From a virus (Duplodnaviria; Caudoviricetes), in the IMG/VR virus record IMGVR_UViG_3300012953_000187, positions 1-26,694 of that record: a stretch of 26,694 nt of DNA; one strand, given 5' to 3'. How positions within the stretch are numbered: position 1 is the stretch's first letter; each line of letters opens with the position of its first letter. Shown here piece by piece: positions 1 through 8,998 of this stretch. The notes below the pieces were generated by a model, which was not told the DNA's origin, did no database searches, and saw only the letters and a list, made by a program, of their open reading frames with translations. The position numbers and the translations under genes are program-made.

Positions 1-1041
1 TCTTTCAGTTCCAACTCCAATAGTTCCATTTATTTCTTTATTAACTAATTCATACCAATTACTCGAATGTGCAAAATACCCCTTCCCTCGTGCATGAACA
101 TGTGCAAATGCACCATGGTAAGTACTAGCTGACGGTAAATCACTAAAATTACTGTATAGAAATGGTATTACATTACTTGTTGCAGCACCAACAATTCTTC
201 CACCAAATGTAGAAACACCAGCAACATTCAATGAAGTTAGAGTTCCGACTGAAGTAATGTTTGGTTGAGCAGCAGTCTGGAGAGTTCCTGCTAAAGTCGT
301 AGCAGTAACACTAGCAATACCAGTTATATTTGTTGCACCATCACCCGCAATATTTCCATTAGCTGTTATGTCACCAGAAATTGTTACTGCACTTAGAGTT
401 CCAAGTGATGTGATGTTTGGTTGAGCAGCAGTATTAACAGTACCATCTAAGTTACCAGTGAAAGTAGTAGCAGTAATAGCACCACTAACATTAACATCAT
501 CTAATTCTGTATGACCATCTACATCTAAATCTCCATTAGCATCTATTGCACCAGCAAAGGTGGAGACACCAGATATATTAAGATTATCTAATTCAGTATG
601 ACCATCTACATCTATATTACCAATAAAGGTAGATACTCCACTAACAAAAAGAGATGGAGTTATTACACCTTCTACACCACCTAGTGTTAAACCCGTACCA
701 ACAGTAATTAAATCATTATCACCATCTACAACAACACTTGTGGTACCAAAAGTTGCAACACCAGCAACACTAAGATCATTAGTGTTTAATGAACCACCTA
801 TAAAAAGATCACCACCAGTAGTTGTTATACCACCTGATGATGCTAAAGTTGTAATTCCTGCAATATGAACACTTCCACCAAAAGTAGAAACACCAGTAAC
901 ATTTAATTGTGTTACTGAGGCAATTCCACCAACAACATTAACGGCAAATTGTGCATTTTCTGCAGTCAGAGAACCTCCGAATGCACTTGCAACTACCTTT
1001 ACTGCATTTTGTTGACCAACTCTGACTTTAATATCTGGCAT
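1..1041 (-). CDS. Tail-fibre-like virion protein, N-terminal 347 aa (runs off the window edge; not in the ORF track)
   Basis: ATG at 1041-1039 overlaps the upstream stop (TAATG). The frame is open to position 1: MPDIKVRVGQQNAVKVVASAFGGSLTAENAQFAVNVVGGIASVTQLNVTGVSTF...DVDGHTELD...TAAQPNITSLGTL...DLPSASTYHGAFAHVHARGKGYFAHSSNWYELVNKEINGTIGVGTER. It is Gly/Thr/Val-rich with recurring GVSTF beta-repeats, typical of cyanomyovirus fibres. Confidence 0.85.
   Translation of the reverse strand, partial: MPDIKVRVGQQNAVKVVASAFGGSLTAENAQFAVNVVGGIASVTQLNVTGVSTFGGSVHIAGITTLASSGGITTTGGDLFIGGSLNTNDLSVAGVATFGTTSVVVDGDNDLITVGTGLTLGGVEGVITPSLFVSGVSTFIGNIDVDGHTELDNLNISGVSTFAGAIDANGDLDVDGHTELDDVNVSGAITATTFTGNLDGTVNTAAQPNITSLGTLSAVTISGDITANGNIAGDGATNITGIASVTATTLAGTLQTAAQPNITSVGTLTSLNVAGVSTFGGRIVGAATSNVIPFLYSNFSDLPSASTYHGAFAHVHARGKGYFAHSSNWYELVNKEINGTIGVGTER
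238..432 (-). repeat. Intragenic direct repeat encoding TAAQPNITS(L/V)GTL x2
   Basis: Copies at 394-432 and 238-276, 156 nt (52 aa) apart, with a shared nucleotide core atgtttggttgagcagcagt on the + strand. Confidence 0.85.
499..612 (-). repeat. Intragenic direct repeat encoding DVDGHTELD x2
   Basis: Copies at 586-612 and 499-525, 87 nt (29 aa) apart, 26/27 nt identical. Confidence 0.9.
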
Positions 1042-1388
1042 TATCTGGTTACCCCTTCCCTAATGAGGACAGATCCCTCCACGACTTTTTGTACGGTTCC
1101 AGCAGCAGTTGTTAGAATAACGTCATAGACATGTCTACCTGCAGACAATGCTTTAGTTTGTGTAGCAGTTAAACTTAAAAGAATTTTTCCTTGTGACGCT
1201 GGAGAAGGAACAGAACATGAAAAATCAACAGTAGCAGTCTCTGCACCTGCCCACTTTCTTACTTGGGAAGTTGGTGTATAACCAGTTAAATTAAATGCTG
1301 AATCATCATCACTCGACTCTAAAGTAAGTGTCTGAGAAAATGTACTTCCCGTGTTAATTATTAAATTACTAACATATACTGCAGCCAT
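1041..1388 (-). CDS. Conserved small virion/tail-associated structural protein (predicted beta-sandwich), 115 aa
   Basis: The motifs NLxIxxGxxF, FNLTGYT...QVRK, and LSLTATQT...GRHVYDV...KVVEG are those of a small protein family found next to fibre genes in T4-like cyanophages. It has a late promoter upstream and a TAATG overlap with the fibre gene. Confidence 0.75.
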   Translation of the reverse strand: MAAVYVSNLIINTGSTFSQTLTLESSDDDSAFNLTGYTPTSQVRKWAGAETATVDFSCSVPSPASQGKILLSLTATQTKALSAGRHVYDVILTTAAGTVQKVVEGSVLIREGVTR

Positions 1389-1413
1389 GTAGTCTCACAG
1401 AATCCCTACTTCT

Positions 1414-1421
1414 TATTTATG
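1414..1421 (-). promoter_or_regulatory. T4-type late promoter variant CATAAATA
   Basis: Intergenic, 25 nt upstream of the ATG at 1388; 7/8 match to the gp55 consensus TATAAATA. Confidence 0.7.
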
Positions 1422-1427
1422 TTTGTT

Positions 1428-1631
1428 TTAAACAGTACTTTTTTTTAATAATGCTTTGAGGAGATCTTTCAACTCATCAATATCTTCTCTCATCCTATCC
1501 ATTTCATTTTTTTGCTTCTCAAATGATGAAATTGATTTCAATCTTTTATTGTAATCAGATGTATTGTGATTTACAATCGCACCTGATTTTTTATCACGAT
1601 ATAAATTTGGGTAACCATCAACTTTAATCAT
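1428..1631 (-). CDS. Small hypothetical protein with C-terminal coiled coil, 67 aa
   Basis: ATGA overlap with the stop of the VrlC-like gene. N-terminal KVDGYPNLYRDKKSGAIVN motif and C-terminal heptads MDRMREDIDELKDLLKALL. It resembles the small ORF that usually follows vrlC-like genes in cyanomyoviruses. Confidence 0.8.
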   Translation of the reverse strand: MIKVDGYPNLYRDKKSGAIVNHNTSDYNKRLKSISSFEKQKNEMDRMREDIDELKDLLKALLKKSTV

Positions 1632-4600
1632 TTCAGTGCAATAGTTCTGAATTCTTTAATCTTAGGTGGAGATGCCTGATTAGTACTGGACATAACAATC
1701 TTAATAATATATCCTACAAATTCACCCACATCATTAGCTGTATATTCATATTCTAAGTATTCATTATCCCTACTTGGAGAAACAAAAGCATCAGGTTTTC
1801 CATCATTTCTAGCAGGATCTGTTACAATATCCCCAAAACCATCACCAGTAGAATCTGTTAAATTATCATATCCTGGGAATAGTACAAATTCTTGATCGGT
1901 ACCGTTTGAATCTGGTCTTACTAGACTATAGAGAACTCTGAAATCTGCAGTTGCAGGTCTATTTGCTGCAAATATTACTTTTAATGAGTCTGCAGGTTTT
2001 TCCAATCCAATTGTATTAGAAACATAAACTGCAGCATGAGGATCATCATTTATAGATTTTATTCTACTATCCTTAACATAATCTTGAACTGGACTATTAA
2101 CTAAATTGGATCTAAACTCAGTAAAGGAAACATTATTGTTCAATATTGGAGAAACATTTGTACTATTAGTAGTAAATGTAATAGCAGTTGTAAATGATTT
2201 ATTTCTCTCAATACCATCCAAATATTCAGTTTCATTTACTTCAGAAGCTACCAATCTTGGTGTAGTAAGTTCATTTAAAGCATTTAACTGTATAGATTCA
2301 AAACCTTGATCAATAAATGATACTTCAGATCCATCAATACTAGTACCAGTAACAGTTCTAACTGCAGCATTTGCGAATGTTACAGTTGATGGTGTAAAGA
2401 CATCATAAACAGGAATAAAGGCATCGAATTGAATATTCTTAGTAGCTTTAACTTCCTCACCACCAGAAAATGCATTATTAGCAAAGGATAATTCAGGACT
2501 TGCAGCACTATCAGAAGATCTATTTAATCCATTAGCACTACTATCAATCTTAATATAATATGAATCTGCAGTAATACTCTCAGTACCTACACCAGAATAT
2601 ACATCAGCAATAGTATGTTTTCTAGTAGCCAAAGAATTAATTCTTCTTAAGGAAACACCACTTAATTCATATTTTTCTACTGTTGTAGATTTTCCTCCAG
2701 TTGTTCCATTAGGAACTATAGTATTATGGGTAAGAACCTGAGTATCATCAATACCTCTTGTAAGACTCTTTAATTGGCCAGGTTCTATATCAGTATATGA
2801 AATTATTTCATCATCAATCTTTACATAACCAGGATTTCCTGCACCTATATTAATTCCTTCAAATGATCCAAATGGAGCAGTAGAAGCAACACTAATAGTT
2901 GAAGTTTCTGTTGAAACTAAATCAATAGTTAATGATGAACCAGTTGTATTACTTTTAATATCATTTAATCTTACCTTATTAGACACAGAATTCATTCCAT
3001 GATCAAATTGTCTAACTAGGAAATGTTGTCCATCATTTGGAGCAGCAGATGATGCTAAATTTTCTCTATAATTGGTACCAATTCCAACAGGATAAATTGA
3101 AGTACCATCTAAATACCGAACTACTCCATCCTTATTGAAGGAACCAGTATTAGCAGTACCCTGTATTTGATCCAAATACAAAGTATCAATTCCACCACCT
3201 ACATCAGTAATTGTTATTTCTGCATTAATACCTTTATCTCCTACTTGTGAGGTAACAATACCAACTACATCTCCTATCTTATAACCATTTCCAAGTTGGG
3301 CAGTAGTAATTCCAGTAATTGCACCATCTGTGGCAGTAATATTTAATTTAAGATCAGTACCCTCTCCAATAATATTATAAGTTTGAACATCATTAGTGCT
3401 TGCGTAATTAGAACCCCCAACAGTAATTGCTGCACCTTTAACAGAATTACCTACACCAATAATAACTGCCCTTGAGAAATTATATGTAGATCCTACAAGT
3501 GTCCTTCCAGCACTTAAAGTTGTAATACCTGCGTTTCCAGATTTTATTGTAGTAATACCAATTCTTCCAGTTTTTGGAAGTGGTATAATTGGATTCGATT
3601 CTAATGTTTCAACATAACCATTACTAGTATTCAAAGTTGGATTAGAGAAGAATACAGTTCCACTAGTAGAAGTAAATCTAGCTTTATATAATTTAAACTT
3701 CAAATCTTCATATTGATCAGCACTCCAAATAGAACCATTTTGTGATTTAAAGAGACTACCTAACGCCCATTGCTGAGTATATACTTGAGCTGAAGCGTTT
3801 GGAAGATCTTGAGTATTTACTGCAGTTTCACCCATTCTAGCAATCCAAACATTATACTCATTAGTTGTAGGAGCTAAAAGAACAATAGCATATTCTCTTC
3901 CTGATGGTAAATATATCGGTTCTGAGAATATAACTTTAGTAGCTACTGTACCATCTGCAGATGTTGTAATCTGACTTGGAGTTAATGTTACGGGTTTTCC
4001 AATAACATTTAATGTAGGAGTTCCTAATTCTACTGTTCTTATTTCAACAGTAACTGGACTATCAGTTTGCTCTGGTTTAGTTGCAAAGTAAATATCTACA
4101 GCAGTTACAGTAACTCCATACTGATCCTCATCAAATCCAGTATCATCAGAAATACTCTCAATATCTCCACCAACACTAAATGATTGAGCTAAAGGATCCA
4201 TATTTCTCGTAGTTCTTACCTCTATATTTTTTCTAGTAGTAATATCTGTAGTTATTTGCTGTAAAGTTCTGAATGTACCTACAGATTCATATTGTACTTC
4301 AGCAGATGATAATCTCATACCAGGAGTGTTTAAATTTGTACTACTATCAGTAATCCTAAAAGTCTTTCTTCCTGTTCTAACAACAACACTAGGAGCTGGA
4401 GTTGTATTTGGATTTTTTAAGAAAAATGTTCCTTGCAACTCACCAAATGTGTCAGTAACCAATCTTAAGTCTTTAACATATGCAATTGCACCACTTGTTT
4501 GACCAACTAATTTAGTACCAATAGTAACATAACCATTATATAAACCTTGTGCTTCTGCAGCTAATGCTACACAATCAACATTTAGTATCTTGGAAGAATT

Positions 4601-7600
4601 GGTATATTCTGCTTGTATAGTCTCTGAAGGTAAATATGGATTTGGTCCATAAACTGCACTTGGACTATTATAAGCACCCTCTTTGTGGTTTGATTGAGCA
4701 ACTCTAAAACTAATTATTTCTGATGAAGATCCAGTACTTGTTTCTGCAAATCCTTTAACTTTTTCTCCAACTTTAAAAGTTCCAGAAGAACCATAATTAG
4801 TTAAAGTATTATCATTCGATATTTCCAATAATTTAGGAATAGAATCAACTCCAGACATTCCACCTAAAAACTGATAATGTTGAACATAAGGTCTTAATTT
4901 TTTTGCAGTAAAACGAGTATTTCTAGACCTCATATAAATCTCACGAGAATCTTCTACCAAATTCTCTATTACTGATCTTGTTTCTTCTTCACTAGTAAAG
5001 GTCCGTGTATTCCATCCATTACCCGTTACATTTGATATGGTTTGACCATCTCTTACTACAACATTCCATCCATTACCTCGTATTACCTGTTCTTCTACAC
5101 TTTCCTTCCTATTAATATCATCAAGTCTAATTGTTCTTACCCAAGTATCCCTCTCTGGTTGTAGAGTGAGATTTCCATGGAAAGTTGTTACATTGAATGG
5201 ATTCACATTTTCCATTTTAGTTGCTAAAACCTGCTCTATCCATCCCTCTTCATCATATGCCAAAGTCACTAGATCGCCAGTTTTCTGAACATTAGTATCT
5301 AATAATGCAAAATTGGTACCATAATCTGTATCCGCATCAGTAGTGCTTGTTTGTGGCATTAGAGCACTATCAAGAGTATTTCTAGTAATAAGAGGTCTAA
5401 TTGCTTGCTCATTAGTGTCTACTGTTAGTGAAGACACATTTAAATTAACAAAATTTGGTGTTTTAAAGTTATCTACAAAGAATCCACTCTTAAATCTATC
5501 TTTTCCGAATGCATCTTGAATAGATAATGATTCAGTACTAACCTCAAGTAATGATAATGTCGTTACTTCTTCAAGTTCCTCAATCCTATCTTCTAGTTTT
5601 CCAATATCTCTCATAGTATATCTTCTATTATCTGTCAAAGTGACACGAATACTAGCAGGATTGTAAAGATATGGAGGAATAGTAAGTGTAGCCAATTCCA
5701 TAGAATCGGTGATCAAATTTGGAGCTTGAGGATGTCTTGCTGATTTACCTTTTTGTACAGATAAAACACCATACTCACTCAAATAAATTTTATCAATTCT
5801 ACCAAGATAATACTCATATCCAAGAAGAGTAGATTCATTAGCAGCAAGTAAAAACTTTGGAGTCTCAGTAAATGCTGATGTTCTTGCATTAAAATCAAAT
5901 GGTGAATTAGTAACTCCAACAAATTTAGATACTCTTGGTCTGAAGTCCAATGTATCAGTTGCTCTTACACTACCACCAATAAATGGAATATCTTTAGAAT
6001 ATCTATCCTTATCATAACTTAAAACTGTAAATACATCTCCAGTATCATTTGAAGGAACAATATAGAAATCATATACAACTAATAATTGTTTTGATGGTAC
6101 TGATGAAGTTCTATTTCTATTCAATCTAGAAAAATCATAATATTGTTGTCTTTGACCTTTATCTAAGGTAAAGGAATTTGTAATATTTTGATATTGACCA
6201 TCTGTTGTACCTTCATTAATTGCTTGAAGATTAGTTCTTATATTTGATTCTTGGAATACAACATCTTCATACTTACTAAATCTTTTCTCATTTAGATACA
6301 CTATACCCAATCTGTTTGCTCCACCACTAGAAGGTGTAGATCCATTATTAGTAACAACTCTTGCAATTGTATTAGAATTTTTACCAACTACATTTTCACC
6401 TATAATTACATTAGTTCCTACAGATGCAGTAGCAGTTAATGTAATAGTATCTAAAGTTGGTGCACTACTATCAAGAGACTCATAAACAGCTAAAACTTTT
6501 GATACATCAGGAACATTCAAAGATATTGAATCATCCTGAACTCTTAATCCATAAGCCTCACCATTATAAGTCAATCCATCATTAAGTGTACTTCCTGCAC
6601 TACTACCAGATCCTTCTAAATTGGATTTATCAACAGTTAATATTTGACTCCTTTCATAATTTTTTATTTTACTTTGAATACCTTGCTTCTTAGCAGTTAT
6701 ACCAATAACTCCATCGCTATCAGTAGCATTTAATGTAGTAAATTGTACCTTCGAACCATCTCCAAGTAACTTGAATGAATCGGAAGTTATAGTTCCAACT
6801 CCTGTATTACTTCCATAATGATAGGCATATCTATTTAAATTATAAGCTTCAAAAAATGCTGTAGATATTCCTGAACCTGATCCATCTTTAACATCACTAA
6901 AACTAATAGTTGAAGCTGATCCAACGGCATCAATACCAGTTACTTGAGCAGAAAGTCTAAGAACTGAAGATGAAAGATCAACTGATGAAATATTAGAATC
7001 AGGAAGTCTTTCATACAAACCTCCTTCAGTATCATTAATTCTAGAACGACCTAACCATGCAAGACAACTACCTAAAGAAGCTGCACCAGTTCCTATATAT
7101 ACACCTGCTACAGTTGGACCAGGATCTCCAAAGGTTGCTGATAATGAATTAGAAGCAATAGCAGTTATTCTTAAATAATATAAGTCACTCGAACCATCTG
7201 CAGATTGAGTAGGTTTAACTTTAACTATGTCATTAACTTTAAGACCTGAAAGGACACCTCCAACAGCTGTCATAGTATTACTAGATAGTTGAACGATGGT
7301 AATACCATTAGGTAAAGCAGCAGTTTCTAACTGTACATCTGCTGTAAGATTTTGTACGTAAGGAGAAGATGCAGTTTGTTTTACTGATTTAATATCACTA
7401 CCAGTATAAGCAGCAACTGCAGTAATAGAACGAGGAAGTGTATCAACTCCATTAATAAGAATTTGTTCTCCGACCATAAAGGTACCAGAAGTCTGTCTTA
7501 AATAAACAGTTGTACTACCACCACCAGCTGCTGTAGCATATCCACTTGCACCACTATTTTTACCTTTTATAAAATAAGTCTCTTTAACCTCAGTATTTGA

Positions 7601-8992
7601 TACTTCAATATTTAATGTTAATTCAGTATAAGTTTGGATATCATATAGACGAAAATTCCATCTACTACTTGAACCTGAATAGGTACTGTCTTTAGGGGTA
7701 ACTGAATATACTCTTGCCTTTCCAATAACAGTTCCAGTAGAATTTAATCTATTATACAAATCAACAACTTTTCTATATTGAGGTTGTCCCTTTAAATTAT
7801 TACAAACTATAAGAGATCCCATTGTAAAAGGAACATTAGCAGAATCTATCTTTTGAACATCTCTTGTTTTGTTTACATCTAAAATACTTACAGAATCTGT
7901 TATTACATCATATCCTTTTACATAAGCTTCCCCACCAGAAATACTATAACACATTAAGTCATCTGAAGGAGTATTACCTTCATCAGTATTTTGATCACTG
8001 AAGAATAATCCACCATTTCCTAATCTATTATTTAATGAATTAGTAGCAATTATATTAAAAGGTTGGAGGGAATAATTTCCAGATTCTTCAAATGTTCTCT
8101 CAGCTAAATAATCCTTAATTAGATTATAATCTGTCTTATTGGTAATTTTTCTAATTTTACCATCTTGAATTCTTAATATCTCAACAAAATTAGTATCATT
8201 CTTATCTGATATTTCCTTTTTAACAAGAATTAAAGAAATCTTTAATCTATCTGCTCCTGGAGCAGCATAATTAGTAAATCCTTTTGCATTATCATATAAT
8301 GAAGGATCATCTTTTGCAGTAATTATTTGTTCATCAACCTGCAATCCAACTCTATATGATGGAGTATTACTATAATGATCTAAAATTATAGTTTGTTTGG
8401 AAACATTAACAAAAGTTCCCCTAATAAAATACACACCATCAGCCACAGAAGCAGCAGAACCAGTTGCGGTAGCATCAGTAGATAATAATGTAGCAACTGC
8501 AGTTCCAGCATTAATTGTGGTACTACCATAAACTAAATTTTCCTTTACTATCAAAGATTCGCCGTCTATAAATACGGTTCTACTAAGAGTACCAGTATTA
8601 TATTTTACATAGATGGTTAAATCTTGTACATTATTTGAATCAGGTAAAGCAACAAAATCTACAACAGCCGTTACTCCACTTACTGACCCTTCAACTACTT
8701 TACCTAAAAGTTGATCTGTATATAAAGAAATATCAACCCCAAACTGTGTAGCATTAAGTTTTACAGCATCAAATTCATCATCAAATGTAGGAGCACCAGG
8801 GATAACTATAGACCCCTCTTTAAACATATGACTACCAAAATCTTCAATCTGATTCTGTAAAATAGACTGTAAATTGGTTAATTCTCTAGCTTGAACTGGA
8901 AAACCTGGTTTAAATAAAACTTTGTAAAAATTATTATCCGATTCAAAATCATCATAATATGGGCTAATATTTAAATCTTTTTTCTGTGCCAT
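1628..8992 (-). CDS. vrlC: Large virion structural protein, VrlC-like (DUF4815 type), 2454 aa
   Basis: Diagnostic N-terminus DLNISPYYDDF...FYKVLFKPGFPVQARELTNLQSILQNQI. Other motifs: NYAAPGADRLKI, RYTMRDIGKLEDRI, DRFKSGFFVDNF, DPLAQSF, GSLFKSQNGSIW...EDLKFKLY, and C-terminal PPKIKEFRTIAL. Located directly after gp8. Confidence 0.85.
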   Translation of the reverse strand: MAQKKDLNISPYYDDFESDNNFYKVLFKPGFPVQARELTNLQSILQNQIEDFGSHMFKEGSIVIPGAPTFDDEFDAVKLNATQFGVDISLYTDQLLGKVVEGSVSGVTAVVDFVALPDSNNVQDLTIYVKYNTGTLSRTVFIDGESLIVKENLVYGSTTINAGTAVATLLSTDATATGSAASVADGVYFIRGTFVNVSKQTIILDHYSNTPSYRVGLQVDEQIITAKDDPSLYDNAKGFTNYAAPGADRLKISLILVKKEISDKNDTNFVEILRIQDGKIRKITNKTDYNLIKDYLAERTFEESGNYSLQPFNIIATNSLNNRLGNGGLFFSDQNTDEGNTPSDDLMCYSISGGEAYVKGYDVITDSVSILDVNKTRDVQKIDSANVPFTMGSLIVCNNLKGQPQYRKVVDLYNRLNSTGTVIGKARVYSVTPKDSTYSGSSSRWNFRLYDIQTYTELTLNIEVSNTEVKETYFIKGKNSGASGYATAAGGGSTTVYLRQTSGTFMVGEQILINGVDTLPRSITAVAAYTGSDIKSVKQTASSPYVQNLTADVQLETAALPNGITIVQLSSNTMTAVGGVLSGLKVNDIVKVKPTQSADGSSDLYYLRITAIASNSLSATFGDPGPTVAGVYIGTGAASLGSCLAWLGRSRINDTEGGLYERLPDSNISSVDLSSSVLRLSAQVTGIDAVGSASTISFSDVKDGSGSGISTAFFEAYNLNRYAYHYGSNTGVGTITSDSFKLLGDGSKVQFTTLNATDSDGVIGITAKKQGIQSKIKNYERSQILTVDKSNLEGSGSSAGSTLNDGLTYNGEAYGLRVQDDSISLNVPDVSKVLAVYESLDSSAPTLDTITLTATASVGTNVIIGENVVGKNSNTIARVVTNNGSTPSSGGANRLGIVYLNEKRFSKYEDVVFQESNIRTNLQAINEGTTDGQYQNITNSFTLDKGQRQQYYDFSRLNRNRTSSVPSKQLLVVYDFYIVPSNDTGDVFTVLSYDKDRYSKDIPFIGGSVRATDTLDFRPRVSKFVGVTNSPFDFNARTSAFTETPKFLLAANESTLLGYEYYLGRIDKIYLSEYGVLSVQKGKSARHPQAPNLITDSMELATLTIPPYLYNPASIRVTLTDNRRYTMRDIGKLEDRIEELEEVTTLSLLEVSTESLSIQDAFGKDRFKSGFFVDNFKTPNFVNLNVSSLTVDTNEQAIRPLITRNTLDSALMPQTSTTDADTDYGTNFALLDTNVQKTGDLVTLAYDEEGWIEQVLATKMENVNPFNVTTFHGNLTLQPERDTWVRTIRLDDINRKESVEEQVIRGNGWNVVVRDGQTISNVTGNGWNTRTFTSEEETRSVIENLVEDSREIYMRSRNTRFTAKKLRPYVQHYQFLGGMSGVDSIPKLLEISNDNTLTNYGSSGTFKVGEKVKGFAETSTGSSSEIISFRVAQSNHKEGAYNSPSAVYGPNPYLPSETIQAEYTNSSKILNVDCVALAAEAQGLYNGYVTIGTKLVGQTSGAIAYVKDLRLVTDTFGELQGTFFLKNPNTTPAPSVVVRTGRKTFRITDSSTNLNTPGMRLSSAEVQYESVGTFRTLQQITTDITTRKNIEVRTTRNMDPLAQSFSVGGDIESISDDTGFDEDQYGVTVTAVDIYFATKPEQTDSPVTVEIRTVELGTPTLNVIGKPVTLTPSQITTSADGTVATKVIFSEPIYLPSGREYAIVLLAPTTNEYNVWIARMGETAVNTQDLPNASAQVYTQQWALGSLFKSQNGSIWSADQYEDLKFKLYKARFTSTSGTVFFSNPTLNTSNGYVETLESNPIIPLPKTGRIGITTIKSGNAGITTLSAGRTLVGSTYNFSRAVIIGVGNSVKGAAITVGGSNYASTNDVQTYNIIGEGTDLKLNITATDGAITGITTAQLGNGYKIGDVVGIVTSQVGDKGINAEITITDVGGGIDTLYLDQIQGTANTGSFNKDGVVRYLDGTSIYPVGIGTNYRENLASSAAPNDGQHFLVRQFDHGMNSVSNKVRLNDIKSNTTGSSLTIDLVSTETSTISVASTAPFGSFEGINIGAGNPGYVKIDDEIISYTDIEPGQLKSLTRGIDDTQVLTHNTIVPNGTTGGKSTTVEKYELSGVSLRRINSLATRKHTIADVYSGVGTESITADSYYIKIDSSANGLNRSSDSAASPELSFANNAFSGGEEVKATKNIQFDAFIPVYDVFTPSTVTFANAAVRTVTGTSIDGSEVSFIDQGFESIQLNALNELTTPRLVASEVNETEYLDGIERNKSFTTAITFTTNSTNVSPILNNNVSFTEFRSNLVNSPVQDYVKDSRIKSINDDPHAAVYVSNTIGLEKPADSLKVIFAANRPATADFRVLYSLVRPDSNGTDQEFVLFPGYDNLTDSTGDGFGDIVTDPARNDGKPDAFVSPSRDNEYLEYEYTANDVGEFVGYIIKIVMSSTNQASPPKIKEFRTIALK

Positions 8993-8998
8993 GGTTCT

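Noticed and set aside
238-612. CRISPR-like array or DGR template/variable repeat
   Set aside because: There are only two copies of each repeat, in frame within a CDS. There are no spacer arrays, adenine-specific mismatch pattern or reverse transcriptase in the window.
1389-1410. Possible hairpin GTAG...CTAC next to the ATG of the 115-aa gene
   Set aside because: Only 4+3 bp with a bulge; too weak to call.
8567-8574. Perfect TATAAATA on the + strand inside vrlC
   Set aside because: It is antisense with no downstream gene and plausible by chance in AT-rich DNA. An antisense RNA cannot be excluded without transcript data.
1628-8992. Interpretation of VrlC as a virulence factor
   Set aside because: The name is historical. 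The context of baseplate operon and late promoters indicates a phage structural role.
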